Both the position numbers and the translations under genes were made by a program. The notes beneath the pieces were generated by a model. The model worked only from the letters and a program-made list of their open reading frames with translations, made no database searches and was not told where the DNA came from. From K189A clade bacterium (GTDB lineage: Bacteria > Pseudomonadota > Gammaproteobacteria > Pseudomonadales > Azotimanducaceae), in the NCBI GenBank assembly GCA_018607725.1, contig JABBAY010000223.1, positions 3,367 to 67,366 on the forward strand: DNA of 64,000 bases. Reading direction: 5' to 3'. Positions 48,125 to 57,538 of the stretch are shown here, piece after piece. The number at the start of each line of letters is the position of its first letter. Positions within the stretch are counted from its first letter, which is position 1.

Positions 48125-49243
48125 ATGCGCAAAACAATATTGCTCGTCTGCTTGCTCGTTAGCTTCGGCGCCCTATCTGGTTGTGCTGAAAACGACACTA
48201 TAAAGGGGTCAGAAAACAGCACGAATCGGTCAGATAAAACCTACCATTGGCGGATGGTGACTACCTGGCCAAAAAACCTGCCGGGCCTTGGCGTCGCACC
48301 CGTGCGCATGGCAGAAATGATTTCGACGATGAGCAATGGTCGATTGAACATCACAGTTTATGGCGCGGGTGAGCTGGTGCCAGCCATGGGTGTCTTCGAT
48401 GCGGTATCTCTGGGTAATGTCGAGCTGGGCCATGGTGCGGCGTACTACTGGAAGGGCAAGCTACCAGCGGCGTCGTTTTTTACTGCGGTGCCGTTTGGGT
48501 TGACGGCCCAGGAAATGAATGGCTGGTTGTTACACGGAGGCGGTATGGCGCTGTGGGAAGAACTGTATGCGCCGTTTAACCTGATTCCCCTGGCAGGGGG
48601 CAATACCGGTGTGCAGATGGCTGGTTGGTTTAATAAGGAAATCAATTCTCTCGAGGACCTACAAGGACTGAAGATGCGTATTCCCGGCCTCGGAGGTGAA
48701 GTTTTTCAAAAAGCGGGTGGCACTGCCGTCAACATTCCCGGTGGTGAAATCTATACCAGTTTGCAGACCGGGACGATTGATGCGACAGAATGGGTCGGCC
48801 CTTACAACGACCTAGCTTTTGGCTTACATCAGGTGGCCAAGTACTATTACTATCCTGGTTGGCAGGAGCCGGGTCCGACGTTGGAAATTATCGTCAATGC
48901 AGAAGCGATGAATAGTCTGCCAAATGACTTGCAGGAAATCGTCAGAGTCGCCAGTCGTGCCATGAATGACGATATGCTCGCCGAATTTACCACTCGAAAT
49001 AATGCGGCTCTGGAGGAGCTGGTGAATAAACACCATGTCCAGTTGCGCCGCCTACCGGACGATGTATTGGCTAAATTGAAAGTCATATCAGCGGAGGTGG
49101 TCGAGGGGATCGCCGAAGACGACGAGCTGGCGCAGCGAATTTACCAGTCCTATGATCGTTACCGAACTCAGGTGATGAGCTATCATGAGATCTCCGAACG
49201 CGCCTACATCAATGCCCGGGCGGCGCAACCGTTGGCGCAATAA
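48125..49243 (+). CDS. TRAP transporter solute-binding subunit (DctP-type), lipoprotein
   Basis: Lipobox LSGC after the signal peptide. 372-aa periplasmic binding-protein sequence next to TRAP permease genes. Confidence 0.8.
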   Translation: MRKTILLVCLLVSFGALSGCAENDTIKGSENSTNRSDKTYHWRMVTTWPKNLPGLGVAPVRMAEMISTMSNGRLNITVYGAGELVPAMGVFDAVSLGNVELGHGAAYYWKGKLPAASFFTAVPFGLTAQEMNGWLLHGGGMALWEELYAPFNLIPLAGGNTGVQMAGWFNKEINSLEDLQGLKMRIPGLGGEVFQKAGGTAVNIPGGEIYTSLQTGTIDATEWVGPYNDLAFGLHQVAKYYYYPGWQEPGPTLEIIVNAEAMNSLPNDLQEIVRVASRAMNDDMLAEFTTRNNAALEELVNKHHVQLRRLPDDVLAKLKVISAEVVEGIAEDDELAQRIYQSYDRYRTQVMSYHEISERAYINARAAQPLAQ

Positions 49244-49249
49244 GCAATA

Positions 49250-50617
49250 TTACTTAGGAAATAGCACGCTGGGCAGCCAAGTCGCCAGACCTGGCTGCCA
49301 GGTCAGCAGCACCAGCAGTAATATCTGCATCATGATAAAAGGCACCACGCCCCGGTAGATCTGCAATGTGCTGATGGACAATGGCGCAACCCCACGTAAA
49401 TAAAACAGCGCAAATCCAAAAGGGGGTGTCAGAAAGGACGTTTGCAGGTTCACTGCGATCATGATACCGAGCCAGATCGGATCAACGCCCATCGCCATGA
49501 GGATAGGACCGACAATCGGTATCACAACAAAGGTAATCTCGATAAAGTCGAGAATAAACCCGAGCAAAAAAATCACTAGCATAACAATGGCGGTAGCGCC
49601 GATTACGCCGCCGGGCATCTCGGCAAATAATGCCTGCACCAGTTCATCACCGCCAAAACCTCTGAAGACTAACGAGAACAATGAGGCACCGACGAGGATG
49701 AAAAACACCATGGCTGTGGTTCGCGTGGTTGACCGGCCGATGTCCATAAACTGCGGTCCATCCACGTGTCGGCTCCATAGTGCCAGGATGAAAGCGCCTA
49801 GAGCCCCCACCCCTGCTGCCTCTGTCGGTGTAGCGATGCCAGTTAAAATCGAGCCCAGCACAGATAGGATGAGTAATAACGGTGGCAGGATACTGTAGAC
49901 AATTTCTTGCAACGTAACCGCCGCGGTGGCAACAGGCGGGGCGCGATGGGGTGACAGTATGGCGGTTCCCATAATATAGAGTAGATAAAAGGTCACTAAG
50001 CACAAGCCAGGCAATATCGCCCCGGCAAATAGATCACCCACCGAGACAGTTTGTGGGTTGAAGATGCCCATGTTGAGCTGTGCCTGTTGATAGGCATTGC
50101 CCAGCACGTCGCCAAGCAGCACCAGGGCAATGGACGGTGGAATGATTTGACCCAGGGTGCCCGTTGCGCAGATAGTGCCCGTGGCAAGCACTGGGTCATA
50201 GTTTGCCTTGAGCATGCTGGGCAGCGCCATCAAGCCCATCGTCACGACTGTGGCACCGACGATACCTGTGCTCGCGGCCATCAACATACCGACAACGGTG
50301 ACGGCGATGCCCAGGCCACCGGGTAAGTGACCGAACAACTTGCTCATGGTCTCCAGTAGTCGTTCGGCGATCTTCGAGCGTTCCAGAATGACGCCCATCA
50401 GAATAAAGAGCGGCACCGCCATCAATGTCTGATTCGTCATAATACCGAACAGGCGATTCGGTGTGGCTGATAGCAGGGCCGGATTAAAGTCACCGGTGAT
50501 AATGCCGATGCCCGCGGCTAACAGGGCGGTTCCGGCCAGCGTGATTGCTACGGGATAGCCGAGTAGCAGAAAGACGAAAGCTGCGACAAACATGAGTAAA
50601 CCAGCATATTCAGCCAT
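49250..50617 (-). CDS. TRAP transporter large permease subunit (DctM-type)
   Basis: 455-aa polytopic membrane protein that overlaps the small-subunit gene by 8 nt. Confidence 0.85.
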   Translation of the reverse strand: MAEYAGLLMFVAAFVFLLLGYPVAITLAGTALLAAGIGIITGDFNPALLSATPNRLFGIMTNQTLMAVPLFILMGVILERSKIAERLLETMSKLFGHLPGGLGIAVTVVGMLMAASTGIVGATVVTMGLMALPSMLKANYDPVLATGTICATGTLGQIIPPSIALVLLGDVLGNAYQQAQLNMGIFNPQTVSVGDLFAGAILPGLCLVTFYLLYIMGTAILSPHRAPPVATAAVTLQEIVYSILPPLLLILSVLGSILTGIATPTEAAGVGALGAFILALWSRHVDGPQFMDIGRSTTRTTAMVFFILVGASLFSLVFRGFGGDELVQALFAEMPGGVIGATAIVMLVIFLLGFILDFIEITFVVIPIVGPILMAMGVDPIWLGIMIAVNLQTSFLTPPFGFALFYLRGVAPLSISTLQIYRGVVPFIMMQILLLVLLTWQPGLATWLPSVLFPK

Positions 50618-51188
50618 CGATGTTAGAGACTCTCGGCAGTGGTGGGCGTTGGGTTGGCGCGACTAACGTTTGTATCAGGCGGGCAATTTCGGCGATGCCC
50701 TGGATGCCCAAGAGCCCCGCCATCAGTGGTATCAGCCCCTTCATCAGGTACATACCAGGCAAGCCCCCAGGCTCTGCGGATCCCTCCTGTAATCGCCAGG
50801 ATAAAGAGACATAGTCCAGGCTGGTGACAAAGATAAAAAGGCTTAAGGGCAGCAGAAAGACGATGGCGCCTAAAAGGTCAACGATCGCCTGGCCGCGCTG
50901 GGACAAGCGTTGATAGATAATGTCGACTCGCACATGGGCATCTGCGCGCAAGGTATAGGCGATGCCCAGCATAAAAATACTGGCATGAATGTAGAGTATG
51001 AGTTCCGTGATCGGAATCAGGCCGACATTCAGGGCGTAGCGTGCCACCACGACCACGCAGGTGAGCAACATCATCACGAAGGTTAGCGGCGCGATGAGAT
51101 GGCCGGTCCAGTCGGCAACGCGGTTGAAGGTCATCAGGAAACGAAGCAATGGATGCACTCGGTTTTTGCGAATAAATGAGTTTAGCAC
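50610..51188 (-). CDS. TRAP transporter small permease subunit (DctQ-type)
   Basis: 192 aa with four TM segments, immediately upstream of the large subunit and overlapping it. Confidence 0.8.
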   Translation of the reverse strand: MLNSFIRKNRVHPLLRFLMTFNRVADWTGHLIAPLTFVMMLLTCVVVVARYALNVGLIPITELILYIHASIFMLGIAYTLRADAHVRVDIIYQRLSQRGQAIVDLLGAIVFLLPLSLFIFVTSLDYVSLSWRLQEGSAEPGGLPGMYLMKGLIPLMAGLLGIQGIAEIARLIQTLVAPTQRPPLPRVSNIDG

Positions 51189-51507
51189 AGGGCCTGCGGC
51201 GTGGCAGCGGTTCGCGAGGGCTCACCGGGATGAGTCACTGTCTGGATGAGGGTCGTAAAATCACTGAGCGTGCACCTTTGACTCTTGTCGGAAGGGCAGT
51301 CGGTGGGCTAACAGCAACCTGAAGGCCTGCTGTTACATCACGCTTAAATTCAATGTCGCCGCCCTCAGCACGATTGATCATTAATTCAAACAGATAGCGG
51401 AATTTTGTAGATCAACAGACCTAAAATTTAGGTAGACTATTAATGGTACTTTGATAGCCATTAGTTATCTCAATCATTCGACCCCAGAAAGCGAACCGAG
51501 GCCCACC

Positions 51508-52785
51508 ATGAGCGAAGCCAAATCCAACGCTGAAATACCCCAGGCAGATATCCCGTCGGCTTACGACATACCGCTGGAAGATATTATGCCGATCAATGCC
51601 AGGCTCTGGAGCGAACATAAATGGCTGGAATATTTTGAGCGTCTGCGGGCCGAGGATCCTGTGCACTTCAATTACACTGATATCGCGGGTCGTTTCTGGT
51701 CATTGACTAAATATGAAGATATCAAAAAAGTCGATTCGGACTGGCAAAATTTCAGCTCAGCTAATGGTATTACCCTGGGCTTGCCTATTGACGCAGACCT
51801 GCCAGAAGGCGCCTTGGGTATCACCACCTTTATTGCCCAAGACCCACCAGTGCATGATGTACAGCGTAAAACGGTGTCGCGCTCGGTCGCGCCGAATAAC
51901 CTGGTCGCCATGGAAGCCCTCATCCGTGAGCGCACTTGCCGAGTGTTAGATGCATTACCCGAGGGCGAAACCTTTGACTGGGTCGATACCGTCTCTATCG
52001 AACTGACCACCATGATGCTGGCAACCCTGTTCGACTTTCCCTTTGAAGACCGCCGCAAACTGACCCGCTGGTCTGATGTCACCTTTGCGATCCCTCAGCC
52101 TGGCGGCATTATCGAGTCTGAAGAAGAGCGGCGCGCAGAGTTGTTAGAGTGCCTGGCGTATTTCACTCAGCTGCGTGAAGAGCGACTCAAAAATCCGGGA
52201 AGCGATCTGGTTTCCATGTTGGCTCATGGTGAGGATACCAAGGACATGTCGCCGATGAATTATCTGGGTAACCTGTTGCTCTTGATCGTCGGTGGTAACG
52301 ACACCACCAGAAACAGTATGACGGGCAGCGTCTACGCCTTGAACAAGTTCCCTGAGCAGTACGACAAGCTGATCGCAAAGCCTGAGCTCATTCCGAAAAT
52401 GGTGGCAGAGCTGATTCGGTGGCAGACACCGCTGGCCTACATGCGTAGAACCGCCAACAACGATTGCGAAATTGGTGGCAAGCAGATCAAACAAGGCGAT
52501 CAAATTTTAATGTGGTACGCCTCTGGTAACCGCGATGCGGATGTCTTTGATAACGCTAATGAGTTGGATATTGAGCGACCCAATGCGCGCCAGCACCTGT
52601 CCTTTGGTTTCGGTATCCACCGCTGTATGGGTAACCGCCTAGCTGAAATGCAGTTACGTATTCTGTGGGAAGAAATACTGACTCGGTTTGAAAAAATCGA
52701 AATACAGGCTGAGCCGCAAAGAACCTTCTCTTCTTTCGTCAATGGTTACACCTACTTGCCGGTGAAGGTGACGCGCAAGCAATAA
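51508..52785 (+). CDS. cytochrome P450, CYP153-like (alkane/terminal hydroxylase family)
   Basis: I-helix LLLIVGGNDTTRNSMTG (GGNDTTRN is the CYP153 signature), ELIRWQTPLAYMRR (ExxR) and heme-thiolate loop FGFGIHRCMGNRLAE. I chose the start at MSEAKS (ATG 51508, GAGG RBS) rather than the TTG at 51451. Confidence 0.88.
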   Translation: MSEAKSNAEIPQADIPSAYDIPLEDIMPINARLWSEHKWLEYFERLRAEDPVHFNYTDIAGRFWSLTKYEDIKKVDSDWQNFSSANGITLGLPIDADLPEGALGITTFIAQDPPVHDVQRKTVSRSVAPNNLVAMEALIRERTCRVLDALPEGETFDWVDTVSIELTTMMLATLFDFPFEDRRKLTRWSDVTFAIPQPGGIIESEEERRAELLECLAYFTQLREERLKNPGSDLVSMLAHGEDTKDMSPMNYLGNLLLLIVGGNDTTRNSMTGSVYALNKFPEQYDKLIAKPELIPKMVAELIRWQTPLAYMRRTANNDCEIGGKQIKQGDQILMWYASGNRDADVFDNANELDIERPNARQHLSFGFGIHRCMGNRLAEMQLRILWEEILTRFEKIEIQAEPQRTFSSFVNGYTYLPVKVTRKQ

Positions 52786-52809
52786 GTTAGTTGCGGGTTG
52801 CAGGTGGCT

Positions 52810-53754
52810 TTACCAATAGTGAAGAAAGATACCCACAAAAATCCCCAGCCCGCACCATTGGTTGTTGAGAAATGCTGCGAAGCAGCCGTCCCTGTCGCGG
52901 TTGCGGATCAGGTACTGTTGGTAAATAAACAGGCCGGCGGCACAGCCGAGTCCGAGCATATACCAGGTGCTCAAGCCCACAGGTTCAGCCGCAGCGTACA
53001 TGATGATCAGAAACAGTACCTGGAGTGTTGCGATAGCGGCCTTATCCAGTTCCGCAAACAAAATGGCTGAGGATTTCAAGCCCAATAGGAGGTCATCATT
53101 TCTGTCTACCATGGCATATTCCGTATCAAAGGCCACCGTCCAGATAATGTTGGCGATCATCAATAGCCCCGCAACCTGGGGTACTTCGCCGGTGACGGCT
53201 GAGAATGCCATGAGGATGCCAAAAGAAAAGGCCAGGCCAAGGATAGCCTGGGGAATATAGGTGTAGCGTTTCATAAACGGGTAGATCAAGGCAGTTATCG
53301 CGCCGCCACAAGCCAGCAGAACGGTGAGCCAGTTGGTTGTCAGAACCAAGATCAGGGCTGCAAAGAGTAATATCGCCGTGAAACACAGAGCCGCCATCAC
53401 AGTGACCTGGCCGAGCACCAGGGGCCGGTTGCGAGTTCGTTCGACACTGCCATCGATATCCCGGTCAACCACATCATTGACGATACAGCCCGCTGATCGT
53501 GTGAACAGGGTGCCGAGCGTAAATACGATGAGCAAATGCCAGCCCGGAAAGCCTTCTGCCGCGATCCACAGAGCCCACAAGGTGGGCCACAGTAAAAGAA
53601 AGGTGCCGATTGGCCGATCGAGTCGGGCCAAGCGCAACAATGGCGATAGCATTGGCCAGCGCTGGTTAAGATAAATTCTAAGTCGCGAGACCGAATCTGT
53701 CAGGCGGGCGCGTAATCTCTGTAAAGCTATAATCGATGGCATGTTATGGGGCAC
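52810..53754 (-). CDS. ubiA: 4-hydroxybenzoate polyprenyltransferase
   Basis: RLDRPIGTFLLLWPTLWALWIA, NDVVDRDIDGSVERTRNRPL and YDTEYAMVDRNDD motifs. The exact start is uncertain; candidates are 53754 and 53742. Confidence 0.9.
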   Translation of the reverse strand: MPHNMPSIIALQRLRARLTDSVSRLRIYLNQRWPMLSPLLRLARLDRPIGTFLLLWPTLWALWIAAEGFPGWHLLIVFTLGTLFTRSAGCIVNDVVDRDIDGSVERTRNRPLVLGQVTVMAALCFTAILLFAALILVLTTNWLTVLLACGGAITALIYPFMKRYTYIPQAILGLAFSFGILMAFSAVTGEVPQVAGLLMIANIIWTVAFDTEYAMVDRNDDLLLGLKSSAILFAELDKAAIATLQVLFLIIMYAAAEPVGLSTWYMLGLGCAAGLFIYQQYLIRNRDRDGCFAAFLNNQWCGLGIFVGIFLHYW

Positions 53755-53928
53755 TGGATTCGCCGATTTGTGTCACGTGAACAGGAATTACGCTAGTATA
53801 CGTGGCTTGGCCCAGGCATTAAATCATCGATTTTCCCTGCTGGGCCGAGATAACTGGTATCTAGGCCCGCGAGGGTGACTACCGATGGAATCATGAGAAC
53901 AGGTTAATAGAACGAGGCGTAAAGACAG

Positions 53929-54096
53929 ATGAGAAAGTGGCAGTGTATTGTTTGTGGTTTCATTTATGACGAAGCTGAGGGCCTTGAGTCTGAAGGCATT
54001 GCGCCCGGCACACGCTGGGAGGATATACCCGATGACTGGTGTTGCCCTGAATGTGGCGTGAGTAAGGAAGATTTTGAGATGTTGGAAATCGACTAA
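53929..54096 (+). CDS. rubredoxin (55 aa; below the ORF-track length cutoff)
   Basis: Hand translation gives [55 protein letters not shown], with two CxxCG iron-binding knuckles. Stop TAA 54094..54096. Confidence 0.92.
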   Translation: MRKWQCIVCGFIYDEAEGLESEGIAPGTRWEDIPDDWCCPECGVSKEDFEMLEID

Positions 54097-54116
54097 AGCA
54101 AACAGCGAGTATTGCT

Positions 54117-55388
54117 ATGGATCATCAAAAGTTAACCAGAAATATCGTTATCGGTATGACCCTTGGCATACTCTTAGGGTCCATTATATTCAGCTTCGGG
54201 CTCAGCGATGACCATCCGCTGATGGTCTATGTGGTTGACGGCTTACTGGATATTGGCGGCAAGGTGTTTGTCATCAGCTTGAAATTGCTGGTCGTTCCAT
54301 TGGTCTTCGTATCTCTGGCCTGCGGTGCCAGCAATCTCGGCGATAGTGCCAGTATGGGGCGAATTGGGATCAAGACCATTGGTCTGTATCTGCTGACTAC
54401 TGCGGTGGCGATTACGCTGGCGCTTTTGGCGGCGACTTTGATCAACCCCGGGCAGGGAATCAACTTAACTTCCGACGCTCAATTTTTGGTCAACGAGAGT
54501 CCATCGTTGAAACAGGTCATCATCAATATTTTTCCCTCCAATCCAATCAAGGCCATGAGTGATGGCAATATGCTGCAGGTTATTGTCTTTGCAATACTGG
54601 TTGGTGTCGCTATCAGCCGGTGTGGTGATGCGGGCCAGCGGGTGCGAGCGACCCTGAATGATTGGAACGACATCATCATGCGCATGGTGATGATGTTGAT
54701 GCAGGTCGCACCGATTGGGGTGTTTTGTCTGCTGATTGTGCTGTTCTCCCATATGGGTTTTTCTGCGATCTCGGATCTTATCGCCTATTTTCTTACGGTG
54801 GCTGGCGTGCTGGTGCTGCATTTTTGCCTGACCTATGGCGTGATGATTCGCACCATGGCCAATCTCAATCCGATCACCTTCTTTCGCCATATGGCGCCTG
54901 TGATGGCCTACGCGTTCAGTACGTCCTCGAGTAACGCGACGCTGCCGATTACCTTAGAAACTGTCGAGCATCGAATCGGGGTTAAAAATGAGATTGCGGC
55001 CTTCACCGTACCCCTAGGAGCGACCATTAATATGGATGGCACCGCTATCATGCAAGGGGTGGCCACCGTGTTTATAGCGGGTGCCTTTGGGGTTGAGCTG
55101 GGCCTGAGTGACTATCTACTGGTGATTTTGACCGCAACCTTGGCGTCAATTGGGACCGCAGGCGTACCCGGCGTTGGTTTGATCATGCTGGCACTGGTGT
55201 TACAGCAGGTGGGACTACCCGTTGAGGGAATTGCCCTGATCATTGGCGTTGATCGTCTGCTGGATATGATGCGCACCGCGGTGAATGTCACGGGCGATGC
55301 GACGGTCTCGGCGATTGTCGCCAGAAGTGAAGGCAAGTTTGATCGGGACATTTTCGAGGGTCGAGAGGCGAAAGGTTACCAAATTTAA
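54117..55388 (+). CDS. dicarboxylate/amino acid:cation symporter (DAACS/GltP family)
   Basis: 423-aa polytopic protein with the family-typical VPLGATINMDGTAIMQG and GVPGVGLIM hairpin-loop segments. Confidence 0.85.
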   Translation: MDHQKLTRNIVIGMTLGILLGSIIFSFGLSDDHPLMVYVVDGLLDIGGKVFVISLKLLVVPLVFVSLACGASNLGDSASMGRIGIKTIGLYLLTTAVAITLALLAATLINPGQGINLTSDAQFLVNESPSLKQVIINIFPSNPIKAMSDGNMLQVIVFAILVGVAISRCGDAGQRVRATLNDWNDIIMRMVMMLMQVAPIGVFCLLIVLFSHMGFSAISDLIAYFLTVAGVLVLHFCLTYGVMIRTMANLNPITFFRHMAPVMAYAFSTSSSNATLPITLETVEHRIGVKNEIAAFTVPLGATINMDGTAIMQGVATVFIAGAFGVELGLSDYLLVILTATLASIGTAGVPGVGLIMLALVLQQVGLPVEGIALIIGVDRLLDMMRTAVNVTGDATVSAIVARSEGKFDRDIFEGREAKGYQI

Positions 55389-55414
55389 AGCCCCGACGCC
55401 TGTTGAGCTAATCG

Positions 55415-57496
55415 TTAAACCTGACTAAAGGCTTCCGGCATGGCGAGCCAGCGTTGCATGATAGCTAATGCGGCGGGCCGGTCGGTTGCCAGCATGGCCC
55501 TGGAGGTGTTACTGACAGCATCCAGCATATGCTGGTCACGCACCAGATCAGCGATTCTGAACTGCAATGCCCCCGATTGCCGACGGCCAAACATTTCGCC
55601 AGGCCCACGAATCATCAAATCCTGTTCGGCAATATAGAAACCGTCACTGCTCTCTCGCAGGACATTGAGTCGCTGCTTGCTGACCCGTCCCAGCGGCGGA
55701 TGATAGAGCAACACACAGTGACTCTTGCGGGTTCCTCGACCGATCCGGCCGCGTAACTGGTGCAGCTGAGCAAGTCCCAGGCGCTCGGGATTTTCGATGA
55801 TCATCAAACTGGCGTTGGGCACATCGACACCCACCTCGATGACCGTGGTTGCCACCAGTAAATCAGTCTTACCGGCCTTGAATTCCGCCATGATATTGGC
55901 TTTGTCTTCTCCAGACATACGGCCGTGAATCAGACGTACGCGCAGGGTGGGCAATTGCTGGGTGAGCGTCTCTGCCGTGACTTCGGCTGCCTGGCACTCC
56001 AGCGCTTCCGACTCTTCGATCAAGGTACAGACCCAATAGGCTTGCGCCCCTTGCTCGCAGGCAGACTGGACTCGCGCTATCACCTCCTCACGGCGTGAAT
56101 CCGGCAGGACGCTGGTGGTCACTGGGGTTCTTCCTGGCGGTAGCTCATCAATCACGGAGCAATCCATGTCGGCGTACAAGCTCATGGTCAAGGTTCGAGG
56201 GATGGGCGTCGCGGTCATGACCAGCTGATGTGGCATGCGTCCCTGGCGCTCACCCTTTTCTCGTAGTGCCAGGCGTTGCAGAACCCCAAAACGGTGCTGT
56301 TCATCAATAATCACCAGCCCCAAGTCAGCAAAGATAACCTCCTTTTGAAACAGCGCGTGGGTACCTACAACAACCCCTGCCCGGCCGCTGGCAATGGCGG
56401 CAAGCTCTGCCTGTCGCTGTTTGCCCTTAACTTTGCCTGACAGCCAGGCCACTTGAATACCCAGTGGCGCAAGCCATTGACTGAAGTTCAGAAAATGTTG
56501 TTCGGCCAGTAGCTCGGTGGGTGCCATGATCGCAGTCTGCAATTGATTCTCGATGGACTGGGCCGCAGCGAGGGCGGCCACCACCGTTTTGCCCGAACCA
56601 ACATCACCCTGGACCAAGCGCAGCATCGGTTGGCTCCTGCCAAGATCAAAAGCGACTTCTGCCAGAACGCGCTGCTGGGCGGCGGTTAGTGTAAATGCCA
56701 AAGAGGCCTGCAAGGCCTCGCAGGTTGCTGCGGGTGGGTCAAACTCAAAGGCCTGCAGGCTGGCCATTTCCTCGCGCATGAGCCGCATACTGGTTTGATG
56801 TGCGAGTAGCTCTTCGAAAGCCAGACGTTGTTGGGCTGGGTGGGTACCTTCAAGAAGCTCTTCAAGGGCGATGTCGGCGGTAGGTCGGTGGATCAGGTGC
56901 AAGGCGGCATTGATGTCGGTTTGCAGGAAGTCTTGATCGCCTAAAGGGATGTTCTGCAATAGTTTGCCAGCGTCCATAAGGGCCAGAACCTGAGTCACAA
57001 TGGCACGTATTCTTGACTGGCCAAGGCCCTCGGTAACGGGATAGACAGGGGTTAAATGTAGTTCCAGGGGTGTCCGAGTATCGACAGTATATTCTGGATG
57101 ATAAATTTCCAGGCCGGCTGAGCCGCGCCGGACTTCTCCATAACAACGCAGATTGGCGGTGTTCTTCAGGCCGGCTTGTTGTTGCTTGGAGAAGTGGAAG
57201 AAACGCAGGGCGATGGTGCCGGAGGCATCTTGCAAGTGAACGAGCAAGCTTCTGCGCTTACCAAAGCTGATTTCGCAAGCTATCACCTGACCCTCCAGAA
57301 CGACCTGCTGGCCCGGTTGGGCTGCGGCTATGGCGGTCAAGCGCGTCCGATCTTCGTAGCGCAAGGGTAGATGAAACAGGACATCTCTCAGGCTGAAAAT
57401 CCCGACTCGAGCCAGCTTCTCGGTCAATGCCGGGCCGACCCCCTTCAGCGAGCTGACGCTGGCGGTCTCTAGGCTCTCAGTGTCGTTCATCGGCAA
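55415..57496 (-). CDS. recG: ATP-dependent DNA helicase RecG
   Basis: GDVGSGKT Walker A, DEQHRFG box, N-terminal wedge domain and TRG-type C-terminus. 693 aa. Confidence 0.95.
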   Translation of the reverse strand: MPMNDTESLETASVSSLKGVGPALTEKLARVGIFSLRDVLFHLPLRYEDRTRLTAIAAAQPGQQVVLEGQVIACEISFGKRRSLLVHLQDASGTIALRFFHFSKQQQAGLKNTANLRCYGEVRRGSAGLEIYHPEYTVDTRTPLELHLTPVYPVTEGLGQSRIRAIVTQVLALMDAGKLLQNIPLGDQDFLQTDINAALHLIHRPTADIALEELLEGTHPAQQRLAFEELLAHQTSMRLMREEMASLQAFEFDPPAATCEALQASLAFTLTAAQQRVLAEVAFDLGRSQPMLRLVQGDVGSGKTVVAALAAAQSIENQLQTAIMAPTELLAEQHFLNFSQWLAPLGIQVAWLSGKVKGKQRQAELAAIASGRAGVVVGTHALFQKEVIFADLGLVIIDEQHRFGVLQRLALREKGERQGRMPHQLVMTATPIPRTLTMSLYADMDCSVIDELPPGRTPVTTSVLPDSRREEVIARVQSACEQGAQAYWVCTLIEESEALECQAAEVTAETLTQQLPTLRVRLIHGRMSGEDKANIMAEFKAGKTDLLVATTVIEVGVDVPNASLMIIENPERLGLAQLHQLRGRIGRGTRKSHCVLLYHPPLGRVSKQRLNVLRESSDGFYIAEQDLMIRGPGEMFGRRQSGALQFRIADLVRDQHMLDAVSNTSRAMLATDRPAALAIMQRWLAMPEAFSQV

Positions 57497-57538
57497 TGCC
57501 TATAATGATGGCATTCAAGGGCGTGCGGTAACCTGTCA

